Shown here in pieces: positions 36,961 through 48,729 of a stretch of DNA of 64,000 bases. The DNA is from the human T2T-CHM13v2.0 reference genome, Homo sapiens. The translations under genes were made by a program, and so were the position numbers. A model generated the notes under the pieces. That model was not told where the DNA came from. It worked only from the letters and a program-made list of their open reading frames with translations, and made no database searches. The stretch lies in the NCBI RefSeq assembly GCF_009914755.1, contig NC_060934.1; one strand, written 5' to 3'. Position 1 is the stretch's first letter; each line of letters opens with the position of its first letter.

Positions 36961-38886
36961 TGCTGAGCCCTAAAACAATTATCCCTAAGGTAGAAGATAG
37001 GTTTCTGATAACGTCTCTGATGGCATATACTCCATAACTAGGAACCAGTATCCTTAAAAGACTGTTGAGACAAGAATGAGCCCATTCTTGTATCTATGCC
37101 ACAAAAAGGTATACCCCTTGGGTACACAGGTAATACCCTCAAGGGATAAGTCTACTAACGGACTCCTTCATGGAGAGCATAGACAAAATGGAATTGAGCC
37201 GTTAATCCTTTTTATGGGCTCTCCAGAATCCACGTATGTGATATCCAGCTGTAGATCTTGTTGGCATAGTAGAGAGAGATTTAGATTAGAGGTTGTTGGA
37301 AAGACAAATTGAGGTAAACAGAAAAAGGCAAACTTAAAAATGTTGTCCCATACTTCCTCTTTAGTCAGCTTCTTAGTATTGAGAATAGAGCGGTTCAGTT
37401 AAACAGCTGTGTCACATTCCAAGAAGTGGCATTGCAGATGGCCTAGGCCTCTATATACAATGAAGACAAACATATTTTTAATAAGAGGCATTTCTATGGG
37501 ACACGGAAGAAAAACAAAGATTAAGATTAGGAACAATCTCTAAACCAGTTCCCTTAAAGTCTGGATGGCAGCCATTTGAAGTATTCAGACATTAGGCTCA
37601 AAGCATCTTAATCAAAGAGGAAAAAGGCAGTAGTAATCTGACAGGCTTTTTTTTTTTTTCCTTATCCATATCTTAAGGAATAAGTTTCAGCTTTCAGGGA
37701 GTCAGAAAAAAGGCGGTAGCAATTTCATTGAGTCCAAGTCAGAAAAATGGGAGAAAAATGTGAAAATGTTAGTTTGGAAACTTACAGCCAGAAAAGAATT
37801 TAGGATTTCGGTTCAAATTGTAGAAAATAATAAAAACTTAAAGACAATGGGCAACGCTAGAATCTAATAACAGGTGTACTCTAGTTTTATTCTTAAGCAT
37901 ATTTTTTCTCTCTCCAGTCCCTTATTTTTACCAAAGACAAATCGTACTACAATTTATTTGCAAAATAAGTTTTAGTCTTATCCATGGCCTGCTTATTTGT
38001 ATAATGTGTAGCAAGAATAATTATTTACCATGTAAGCTCTTTTTAAAGCTTAGCTCTTTTTAACGTTTAGCTTAGCTGGAACTTTTCTATAAGGAATCTC
38101 AGATTAGACATTTACAAACACCTGTATACCCAGGCAAGGATTTTTCTGTGCCTGCAGATACTTGTATGAACTGGGTGAATTCTTCTCTTTCCAAGATCCC
38201 AGAATAACTTAAGGTTCTTGGGCCTGTCAGAGAGTGACATTCTTTACTTATCACAGGTCAAGAATCCTATAAAGCAACTGCATTGATAAGGTGTGATTTT
38301 TTTCTAGGGGGCTTTTTATTGACTCTATTATACATATAAATTTCTCAAAGCAGTCTGCTCATATCAGAAAATATGCCATTCCAGTCAAAGTCTTGGTAAA
38401 ATAACCAGTGTCTCCAATTGTGTCCTATTATAAAAGAAGCAGTTTTTATTGAATTTATGCAAATAACTAGATTGCTATAAAATAAGAGTATTCACAAATA
38501 CTTCCCAAATTCTAGAGAAATCAGGTACAAAGAAAGAAATATGTTTCAAGTTTTGCTCACAAGAGTATAATTTACTCAATTGTTAAAACCTGTAAATAAC
38601 TCAAAAGAAATACGTTTTCTTGACTCTGAAAAGCAAAACAAAAAGAATCAGCAATATTTGAGACAAAAAGTCATAAAAAATCATTTCAAACTTCTCTTGT
38701 CTCAGTCCATTCAATTAACTAAAGTTCTGCTTGATAATGTGCCAGCAATCCTCATGAACACATTATGTCTTTAATGAGAGCTCTGGAAGATTTTGTCCAA
38801 TGGCACAATCTATAAGGTTATCAGAAGTCTGAATTTAAAAGCACCTGTCAGAGTCCTCATCAACTCTCCTAAAGAAGCAAGTTCTG

Positions 38887-39186
38887 GGCCAGGTGTGGTG
38901 GCTCACACCTGTAATCCCAGCACTTTGGGGTTGAAGCAGGCAGATCACTGAAGGCCATAAGTTTGAGGCCAGCCTGGCTAACATGGTGAAACCTGTCTCT
39001 ACTAAAAATACAAAAAAATAAAATAAAAAAATTAGCTGGATGTGGTGGTGCACACCTGTAATCCCAGCTACTTGCGAGGCTGAGGTACAAGAATCACTTG
39101 AACCTGGAAGGTGGAGGCTGCAGTACAGCCTAGGTGACAGAGCAAGACTATGTCAAAAATAAATAAATAAATAAACACACACAAAA
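38887..39186 (+). mobile_element. Alu (old AluS/J) with a right-arm deletion
   Basis: TSD AAGTTCTG; GCAGT^ACAGCC lacks about 24 bp of consensus. Confidence 0.9.
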
Positions 39187-40396
39187 AAGTTCTGAACTGT
39201 AACTTTTAGTAAATCACTTTCTAAGAAGACTCAAAGTAAAACAATAATTATGGATGACAAAAGTCTCAGAACAGCTATGGTTAAATACAAATACAATCCA
39301 AAGAAAGCCAAACATTTTTTTATATCTGACAGTGCTTTCTGTATAATCTTCATGTAACAAATCAGTCAAACACATGTCTCTCTTAGCCCTCTCAGAAAAA
39401 TTAAAGATCAAAAGGCTGAATTTAGAATTTTATTTTGAAAAGTTTGTCAAATATCAAAGGTTTAAAACACCTGATATCAACAATCAGTATCACAGATTAT
39501 TCATTTCGCCAAAGTGATAACTGAAAACTTTCAAAAAGCCATTCTTTGATAGAGTGAAGACTCCACTTTCCAAAGAACAAGACCCAATTAAGACATCATG
39601 AGGTCAACTGAATTCGAGTCTGTTCTCTCTCCCTCCGTCCCCACTTCATTTTTTTTACACTTTACTCAAAAGGCAAACAAAATTCTTTCATTATCTGTCA
39701 CTATTACATGAAAATCTTGTCCAAAAGAGAAAATTAAATTTTACCTCTGCATGTAAAACTGTTTCTCCAGTAGTTATAATTACATATACTACAATGTTAA
39801 CTCTTAGTAACTTTTAATTTTAGTGAAAAACCTAGGAGATAGGCTATTTTAATTATGTACTGGTGCAGAGCCAGAGCAAAGAACAGAGCTTCAGACGATG
39901 TCTGACTTTTCCCAGCATAACCAAGGGGCATGGCTAGCTCCACATGTCCCGACTTTACCTGGAATCTAATGGCTCTAAAACAGACAGGTTGAACAATTAT
40001 CAGAAATGTTATAGAAGAAGTTATGACTTTAAATAATCTAACAGACAGTATCAGATCTGCCCAATTCAGACCAAATGTCTAAATTCTGAAAATGTTTCTA
40101 TTTTACCAATAATTTAAAACTATCTTTATTTACCAAAGAATACCAAAGTCATTCGAACCAAAAAACATTTAAGTTGTGATTTTCTGAAAAAGTCTTATTT
40201 AATCTAAATGCTTACTCTTCTTTAAGCCAATTGATCAGAGCCCTTATATACATTTTGGTAGTGAACTATCACACACGCGACACATATAAACATATAGAAA
40301 TAGACATAAGACAGAAGCAGATCTTATAGATTGATAAGATTCTTAATTTTCCAATTTTTAAAGTTTCTCATAATGAAAAGTAATTTCTGGTACCCT

Positions 40397-41776
40397 CGAG
40401 ATGTGACAACGTGCTGGCGGCCCTTGCTCGCTCTCAGCGCCTCCTCGGCCTTGGCGTCTGCTCTGGCCTCCACTCTTGCCATGCTCGAGGAGCCTTCAGC
40501 CCGCCACTGCGCTGTGGGGTACCCCTCTCTGGGCCAGCCCAGGCCGGAGCCAGCTCCTTCCGCTTGTCGGGAGGTGTGGAGGGAGAGGCCTGGGCGGGAA
40601 CCGGGGCTGCTGAGCGCCGCAATCGCGGGCCAGTGCGAGCTCCTGGTGGGGGTGGGCTCAGCAGGCTGCACTCAGAGCGGCTGGCCGGCACTGCTGGCCC
40701 CAGGCAGTGAGGGGCTTAGCACCTGGGCCAGCAGCTGTGGAGGGGGCGCCGGGTCCCCCACCACTGCTGGCCCACTCACTTCACGCTGGAATTTTTGCCT
40801 GGCCTCAGCCACCTCCCCGTGGGGCAGGGCTGGGGACCTGCAGCAGGCCATGCCCGAGCCTCCCCGCCGCCTGGGCTCCTGCACTGCGGTAGAATCCCTG
40901 ACGAGTGCCGCTCTCTGCTCCAGGACACCTGGTCCCATCAACCGCCCAAAAGCTGAGGAGAGCTGAGGAGTGCTGGCGTGCAGGGCAGGACTGGGAGGCA
41001 GGTCGCCCATGGCCCTGGCAGGGGATGCACTAGGCAAAGCCAGATGGGCTTCTGAGTCGGGTGGGGACTTGGAGAACTTTTATGTCTAGCTAGAGGATAG
41101 TAAATACACCAATCAGCACTCTGTGTCTAGCTCAAGGTTTGTAAATGCACCAATCAGCACTCTGTATCTAGCTAATCTGGTGGGGACTGGAGAACTTTTG
41201 CGCCTAGCCCAGGGATTGTATACGCACCAATCAGCACCCTGTCAAAACGGACCAATCAGCTCTTTGTAAAACAGACCAATCAGCTCTTTGTAAAATGGTC
41301 CAATCAGCAGGATGTGGGTGGGGCCAGATAAGGGAATAAAAGCAGGCTGCCCCTGCCAGCAGTGGCAACCAGCTGGGATGTCCTTCCACGGTGTGGAAGA
41401 TTAGTTGCTTCATTCTGCAATAAATCTTGTTACTGCACATTCGTTGGGGTCCCACTACCTTTATGAGCTGTAACACTCACCACGAAGGTTTTCAGCTTCA
41501 CTGCTGAGACCAGCGAGACCAGGAGCCAAGTGGGAGGAATGAACAAATCCAGAGGCGCCACCTTAACAGGTGTAACGCTCATGGAGAAGGTCTGCAGCTT
41601 CACTCCTGAAGCCAGCGAGACCACGAGCTCACCAGAAGAAAAAACTCTGAACACGTCTGAACATCAGAAGAAACGCTCTGGACGCACCACCTTTAGAAAC
41701 TGTAACACTCACCACGAGGGTCTGCGGCTTCATTCTTGAAGTCAGTGAGTCCAAGAACCCACCAATTTCAGAGACA
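40397..41776 (+). mobile_element. LTR12D/E-type solo LTR (HERV9)
   Basis: (C)GAGATGTGACAACGTGCTGG...CCAAGAACCCACCAATTTCAGAGACA; perfect TSD CCCT; multiple CCAATCAGC boxes. Confidence 0.93.
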
Positions 41777-41959
41777 CCCTCAAAAGCCAAATGATCAGGT
41801 AACAACATAAAAGGGAGCAAAGGTTTAGGTTTGAAAGGAATGTGTACCCTTACAATTCTTGGGGTTTCATGAGAAAAATAGTTTTTCCCAAAACAGTCTG
41901 TGACACCTTTTCTGTTTTTCCCAAGGGTTCCAAATTCAAAGCTTACATTGTCCTCAGGC

Positions 41960-42534
41960 AAGCAATAAATCAATACATGGAGGTTATGCATTGGTTTGGA
42001 CTAAAAAGGTAGAATATCTTGAAGTGGGGGCTTATAGGTCATAGGTGGATTCAAAGATTCTCTGACTTGTGATTGGTTAAGGAAGTAAGCTTTGTCTAAA
42101 AACGGGTCAGAGAAAGGAATGTTAAGGTCTGGGCTGTTAATGTGACTTTCTCCAGGCCCTTTGGGAAGAAATTTAGAACAAAGAACGGCAGCTGGAGTTC
42201 AGCCCTTAGTTGTCCCTTATGTGAGGTCTAGTGCCAGCATATGACATTTCCCATTTGGTTGTGGGGGCGGGGGGCAGATTTCATAAAACAACTCGGGCAT
42301 ATGTTAAGATGTTACTTTTAGTTTCTATAAGGAATCAAATATCCCGTGACTCTTTTAATTTTCTTGGCTATTGTTTTAAGCTCTTACTACCTTCTTGCTT
42401 ATCAAGTTGTTCATTTATTTCTCAAGGCTAGCCAGATGCCTGAAATTTCTCTTGAAGGCACTCAAGATTTTCCTTTATTGTCATGCTAGAAGGGGGCTTG
42501 GCAGACCCCTAAAATGGGTCCCTGCTCCATCTCA
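41960..42534 (-). mobile_element. ERV1 MER4-group LTR (MER72-like), 3' truncated
   Basis: Minus strand starts TGAGATGGAGCAGGGACCC...AATAAAGGAAAATCTTGAGTGCCTTCAAG; MER4-like GGGGGCTTATAGGTCATAGGTGGATTCAAAGATT. Confidence 0.7.
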
Positions 42535-43134
42535 GCCATAGGCGTGAAAACAATAGATCCTTAGCACAGGAACAGACACCTAGACTTACGGAAAAAGATT
42601 AAAAACTTAAAACAATGTATGTTGTAAGCTTATATACAATAAAGTTGCCATGAGAAATTCATAGGTGATAAGAGGACTCTTTGGAGGGTAGTTTTCAATA
42701 AAATAACTCATTACATGAGGAGTAATAAAATGAAAACCAGCAGATACAAAGGTGGATTAAAAATCAAAATATACATAACTATAAATTGAATACAACTCAG
42801 GCAGGAGAATGTTTTTAGGACTTTGTTGTGGAAAAGAACTTTGCAAATGAGGCCTCTTCTAGTTTTTTTAATGTATCAAAATTGAGTATTTCTTTTCAAC
42901 CAAGGCCAACATAGACAAAGCTAATGAGAGATGGCAGATGAATAATATATACAATTTATAAAAATTGTTAGGAAATATGAAAAAAAACAAAACCTAGTAA
43001 AAGTAAGTTGAGACTACACAGCATAATGGTTAAAAAAAATCTGCAAGCATTTGAAGAAGATATATTATTTTATACTAAAATCCACAATGGAACATTGTGG
43101 CAAGATTATAAAATCTGTCAAAATTATAATGCCA

Positions 43135-43265
43135 ACTTACATGGTGTAAGGCCAGATTACACAGGTTAAAGGGCAACAGTCCTCCATGAGCGTGCTCTCA
43201 CTTCAGACACCAGTCACAAGTTTAGGAGTCCCCAGGGCCACCCTCACTTCTGTCCAACGGCTATA
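43135..43265 (-). mobile_element. MER21-family LTR fragment
   Basis: CACAGGTTAAAGGGC..AGTCC...CACTTCAGACACCAGTCACAAGT...GCCACCCTCACTTCTG...GGCTATA. Confidence 0.6.
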
Positions 43266-43368
43266 GTTTTGTCACTCCTGACTAAACTAGTTAGATGTTC
43301 ATTAATCTATTTCTTTTTCTTAGGCACACAAGAATTATGTTACAGATTATATTATTCACCTAACCTTC

Positions 43369-44716
43369 TGAGAGGTGACAGCATGCTGGCAGCCCTCACA
43401 GCCCTTGCTTGCTCTCGGTGCCTCCTTGGCCTTGGTGCCCACTCTGGCCACGCTTGAGGAGCCCTTCAGCCCGCCGCTGCACTGTGGGAGCCCCTTTATG
43501 GGCTGGCCAAGACCAGAGCCGGCTCCCTCAGCTTGCAGGGAGGTGTGGAGGGAGAGGCGCGGGCGGGAACTGAGGCTGCGTGCGGCACTTGCGGGCCAGC
43601 GCGAGTTCCGGGTGAGCATGGGCTCAGCGGGCCCCGTGCTCAGAGCGGCCAGCCGGCCCGCAAGCCCTGGGCAGTGAGGGGCTTAGCACCTGGGCCAGCA
43701 GCTGCTGTGCTCAATTTCTCACCAGGCCTCCCCGCGGGGCAGCGCTTGGGACCTGCAGCCTGCCATGCCTGAGCCTCCCCCACCTCCGTGGGCTCCTGTG
43801 CCGCCTGAGCCTCCCCAACGAGTGCCGCCCCCTGCTCCATGGTGCCCAGTCCCATCGACCACCCAAGGGCTGAGGAGTGCAGGTGCAGGGCGCGGGACTG
43901 GCAGGCAGCTCCACCTGCAGCCCTGGTGCAGGATCCACTGGGTGAAGCCAGCTTGGCTCCTGAGTCTGGTGGGGACTTGGAGAACCTTTATGTCTAGCTA
44001 AGGGATTGTAAATACACCAATCAGCACCCTGTGTCTAGCTCAGGGTTTGTGAATGCACCAATCGACACTCTGTATCTAGCTACTCTGGTGGGGACTTGGA
44101 GAACCTTTGTGTGGACACTCTGTATCTAGCTAATCTAGTGGGGACGTTGGAGAACTTTTGTGTCTAGCTTAGGGATTGTAAACGTAGCAATCGGCACCCT
44201 GTCAAAACGGACCAATCAGCTCTCTGTAAAATGGACCAATCAGCAGGATGTGGGTGGGGCCAGATAAGAGAATAAAAGCAGGCTGCCCGAGCCAGCAGTG
44301 GCAACCTGCTTGGGTCCCCTTCCACACTGTGGAAGCTTTGTTCTTTTGCTCTTTGCAATAAATCTTGCTACTGCTCACTCTTTGGGTCCACACTGCCTTT
44401 ATGAGCTGTAACACTCGCCGCGAAGGTCTGCAGCTTCAATCCTGAAGCCAACGAGACCACAAACCCACCGGGAGGAATGAGCAACTCCAGACGCGCTGCC
44501 TTAAGAGCTGTAACACTCACTGGGAAGGTCTGCAGCTTCACTCCTCAGCCAGCAAGACCACGAACCCACCAGAGGGAAGAAACTCCAAACACATCCGAAT
44601 ATCAGAACGAACAAACTCCAGACACGCCGCCTTTAAGAACTGTAACACACACCACGAGGGTCCACAGCTTCATTCTTGAAGTCAGTGAGACCAAGAACCC
44701 ACCGATTCTGCACACA
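43369..44716 (+). mobile_element. LTR12C solo LTR (HERV9)
   Basis: TGAGAGGTGACAGCATGCTGGCAGCCCTCACAGCC...CCAAGAACCCACCGATTCTGCACACA; TSD CTTC/CTAC; CCAAT boxes, AATAAAA TATA-like box near 44271, polyA signal near 44357. Confidence 0.95.
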
Positions 44717-44724
44717 CTACCTTA

Positions 44725-45169
<445 letters not shown>

Positions 45170-45689
45170 AGAAAGTCTTTCCAGTCAGCGTCCTGGAATC
45201 AAAAGGCGAGAGAATCCTGGAGGTCTGATAGGATCTAGGCATTAGAATAATCACTCAGGAGAACTGCCTAACTTGCATTATTGTGTGATATGAGCAACAA
45301 ACAGACTTTTACTTTGTTAGGCCCCTGGAATTTGGGGATATTTGATCACCAGATAGCTTAAAACACCCTGATTTAGAGCATTTAATATAATATTTGTTAA
45401 ATATTTTTAAAATGTAACATATTAAATTTGGTATTTCATTTTATATTAGCTAGCTAAAATTATTATCACAAACATCTGATAAATTTTGTCATGCTTTTTG
45501 GATCTAAGGAGATAAACATCATACTTTTTCTTCTTAGACTTTTCTTAATATTGTAAATTAGATTCATAGATTTTCTGATGTTGACTGATCATCCTTGCAT
45601 TCAGAGGATAATCCTAGATGAGAAGGATAATTTTTTAACACACTGAGGAATTTGTAGACACACACACAGAGTTTTGTATTCTATCTTTG

Positions 45690-47160
45690 GACCTCCTATA
45701 ATCTAGTAGCCTAGAACACCCAGGATAATCCTTTTAAAATATAAAACATAAACCAGCTCCTTACCTCTACATCTTCCAATGCTTCCCTATATCATTTCCA
45801 AATACCTGTAAGGCCATTTTGTAAAATCCTCCCATTTCCCGTGTTACTAACTGCTCTAGCCACACTATCCTTCCACTGTTCTTTGAAGCACAAGTTCTGC
45901 TACCTATTTACTTGTTATTGTTTTTGTGTCTGATATACTTTATACACACAAAATTATTTTTTTAATTTTTACTTTATTCACCTCATTACTCAAATATCAT
46001 CTCTTTTATGCCAGTTCTTAGACTTGGCAGCCAAGACAACCTTGCTTATGTTATCTATTGGGGGTATACTTCAGAAAAAGGGAAGTGAAGGAAGGCAGAA
46101 AAGCAAGGCAAAAGCTAAAAAATATATATGGTATAAGCATGAGATTAGCTTCAGTTTGATCTCAGAGTGTTTTGGTTTCTTGGAAGCAGACTTGGAGCTA
46201 AAAGGTTGAAGAAGATATATCAGGTATACTCTCAAGAAATAGATTTCTATGAAAGCGGGGAATTCAGATTTGGGCAGACAAAGAAAACGGGACCTACACT
46301 GTGAATTCAGTAACCCTCAGGCCAATCTTGTGTGGAGCTAGCCCTTCAGATCTGTCCCAAATTGAGGCAGAACCCTACAGTATTCAGTTCTCACCGAAAA
46401 GCTCTGTCCCACAAATTACTGCACAGATTTAATCCCACCTTCAAAAGTAAATCTCTCCAGCACAGTTAGTCAATGGCAAAGTGGTTTTTTTTTTTTTTTT
46501 TTTTTTGGTGGGATGAGGGCGGTAAGGGTTGCTTCCCAGACTAAGACTTGTTTGTCCAAGAACAATTTTCTAGAAAATAAGGCAGCTATGATTTGTTAAT
46601 ATACTACACTGACAGCACCTGGGGGAGGTATGCGCCAGTTAAAAAAGAATACTTTGGAAGTCTCTGACAGTATCCGGTACAGTCCACTCTTTGCACTGCT
46701 CTTTTATACTTCCTGTTCACATCAAAGTATGTCTGGAAGGAGTGAAATTACATGGCTGGTCAAATTTTCTGGGAAGACATACAAAAACAGGGTTAGTGGG
46801 ATGAGCTTCAGCCCTTATTGCAGGCCATAACCTATATTTATCATGTTTTTTCTCCTTCCTATTTATTTACTAGAGTGAGAATTAGTGTGTAGCACTGATA
46901 GCACTGACTTCATCATCTAATCAGAGAGGCCTTTCCTTATCATCCCATGAAAAAAAACAGAAAAACCTTGTATGCTTATTTTGATGTATTTTTGGCTATA
47001 AAATTTTAATTCCTACAGATGCATACATAATGATGGTTTTATTATCTGTTTTCTCTCATTAGATTGCAAGATCCATGTTAATCATAATTTGACATTTTAA
47101 AGTTCAGTACTCCATACCCAGAGCCTAGAACAGTTTCTCTCATATAATAAATATTCAATG
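45690..47160 (+). mobile_element. L2a fragments (about 45690-46005 and 46905-47160) split by ERVL remnants
   Basis: ATAATCCTTTTAAAATATAAA, CTCAAATATCATCTC, CAGAGAGGCCTTTCC and CCCAGAGCCTAGAACAG. Confidence 0.6.
46165..46860 (-). mobile_element. ERVL LTR16-like LTR plus adjoining ERV3-16A3-like internal 3' end
   Basis: TCTTGGAAGCAGAC...GATTTGGGCAGA...GCCCTTCAGATCTGTCCCAAATTGAGGCA, then CAGTCCACTCTTTG...GGTTAGTGGGATGAGCT. Confidence 0.5.
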
Positions 47161-47521
47161 GTTACATTAAGATCTTTATATTTTTGTTGATAAATTAAAT
47201 GTAACTTTTATTTTATGTTTTAGAGCAGTTTTAGTTTCACAACAAATTCAATGGAAAATGCTGAGTTCTCAAATAACCTCTGCTCAAATATATGCACATT
47301 TGCCTCTATAAACATCCTAACCAGAATGGTACATTTGTTACAATCAGTAAGTCTACATTGATATATTATTATAACCCAATGTTCTTAGTTTACATTAGGG
47401 TTCACTCCTGGTGTTGTGCATTCTATGAGTATAGACAAATGTATAATAAAATGTATCCATTCTTATAGTATCACACAGAGTATTTTCATTGGCCTAAAAA
47501 TCCTCTGCATTCCACCTATTA

Positions 47522-47584
47522 TTAGGTTGGCGCAAAAGTAATGGCAATACTGCCAAAAGTTATGGCAACACTGAAAAGGCAATA
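47522..47584 (+). mobile_element. MADE1 (Hsmar1 MITE) half-element with tandem filler
   Basis: TA followed by TTAGGTTGGCGCAAAAGTAAT (Hsmar1 TIR); AAAAGTAATGGCAA is MADE1 internal sequence. Confidence 0.75.
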
Positions 47585-47871
47585 AGCTGCCATTCAGATC
47601 AGCTTATTTCACTTCCTAATAAGCATTTATGATTCCTCCATGGCTTTTCATGGCTTGATAGCTCATTTCTTTTTATTGCTGAATAACATTCCTTCGTCTG
47701 GAGTACCAAAGTGTATTTATCTTTTCACATACTGAAGGACACCTTGGTTTTCTTTTAAGTTTTAGGACTTATGAAAAAAGGTGCTGTAAACATCCATGTT
47801 TAGGGTTTGTGTGGACATATGCTTTAAAATCACTTAGGTAAATACTAAGGTATGCAAATGCTGGATCATAT

Positions 47872-48619
47872 TGAAACAGACCCAGTTATCCTATAGAGCT
47901 GATGTTTATTATTTCTTTTCTTTTTTTTTTTTTTTTTAAAGACGGAGTCTCACTCTGTTACCCAGGCTGGAATACAGTGACGCAATCTCGGGTCACTGCA
48001 AGCTCTGCCTCCCGGGTTCACACCATTCTCCCACCTCAGCCTCCTGAGTAGCTGGGACTGCAGAAGCCCACCACCACGCCTGGCTAATTTTGTTTCTGTA
48101 TCTTTAGTAGAGATGGGGTTTCACAGTGTTAGCCAGGATGGTCTTGATCTCCTGACCTGGTGATCCTCCTGCCTCGGCCTCCCAAAGTGCTGGGATTACA
48201 GATGTGAGTCACCGCACCTGGCCTATTTCTTTGAATAAACACAGAAATTGATCCTCCCAGTCTTAAAACCTAAGAAAGTTAAATTAGTCTTATCTGAGTT
48301 CCTTTCTCAGGAAACCAACTATTAGGCCTTCTAGAAAGTAACAAGGAACAGAAACTCCCTAGATCACTGCTTCCTGTTGACCAACTCCTCTTATAGGTCC
48401 CTAATTCCTGTTTTCCCACACCTGTTTACATTTGTTCCCTGTTGCATAAACCACTAATTGTACTTGTTCAGGGAGATGGATTTGAGACTGATCTCCCATC
48501 TCCTCACCTGCAGCACCCAAATAAAGACTTCTTCCCTGGCAGTACTCCTTGTCTCAGTAATTGGCTTTCTGTGCAGTGAGCAGCAGGACCTAGACCACAT
48601 CCCTGGTGTTTCAGTAACA
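47872..48619 (+). mobile_element. MER66-family solo LTR (ERV1), interrupted by AluY
   Basis: TGAAACAGACCCAGTTATCCTATAGAGCTGATGTTTA...GGACCTAGACC...TTCAGTAACA; perfect TSD ATAT. Confidence 0.88.
47919..48223 (-). mobile_element. AluY (Ye/Yf-like extended middle A-tract)
   Basis: AAGCTC..CACACCATTC; AATTTTGTTTCTGTAT linker; TSD TATTTCTTT. Confidence 0.9.
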
Positions 48620-48729
48620 ATATGGTAAAATTATGTTTCATTTTATAAGAAACTACCAAACTGTCTTCCAAGGTGTCTATATAATTTTGCATTCCCACCA
48701 GCAATGAATGAGAGTTCATTTTCATTTTA

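Larger units (their letters stand above)
36394..41940 (-). mobile_element. MER4-group ERV1 internal region, decayed; interrupted by an Alu and LTR12
   Basis: env TM remnant next to the PPT; AT-rich MER4-int-type blocks such as CCATTCCAGTCAAAGTCTTGGTAAAATAACCAGTGTCTCCAATTGTGTCC. Confidence 0.8.
47200..48725 (-). mobile_element. L1MC1/2-type 3' region hosting a MADE1 scar and MER66
   Basis: TTAGAGCAGTTTTAGTTTCACA...AGTTTACATTAGGGTTCACTC...CCTAAAAATCCTCTG; continuous across the LTR (GGATCATAT|GGTAA). Confidence 0.85.

Noticed and set aside
40324-41037. 211-aa and overlapping ORFs, and an apparent CpG island
   Set aside because: This is the GC-rich U3 of LTR12. The same pseudo-peptides (LEEP.SP, PEPAPSACREVWRER) recur in the LTR12C at 43375.
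40397-44716. Two LTR12s read as the 5' and 3' LTRs of one deleted HERV9 provirus
   Set aside because: They are different subtypes, each has its own TSD, and no PBS or HERV9 internal sequence lies between them.
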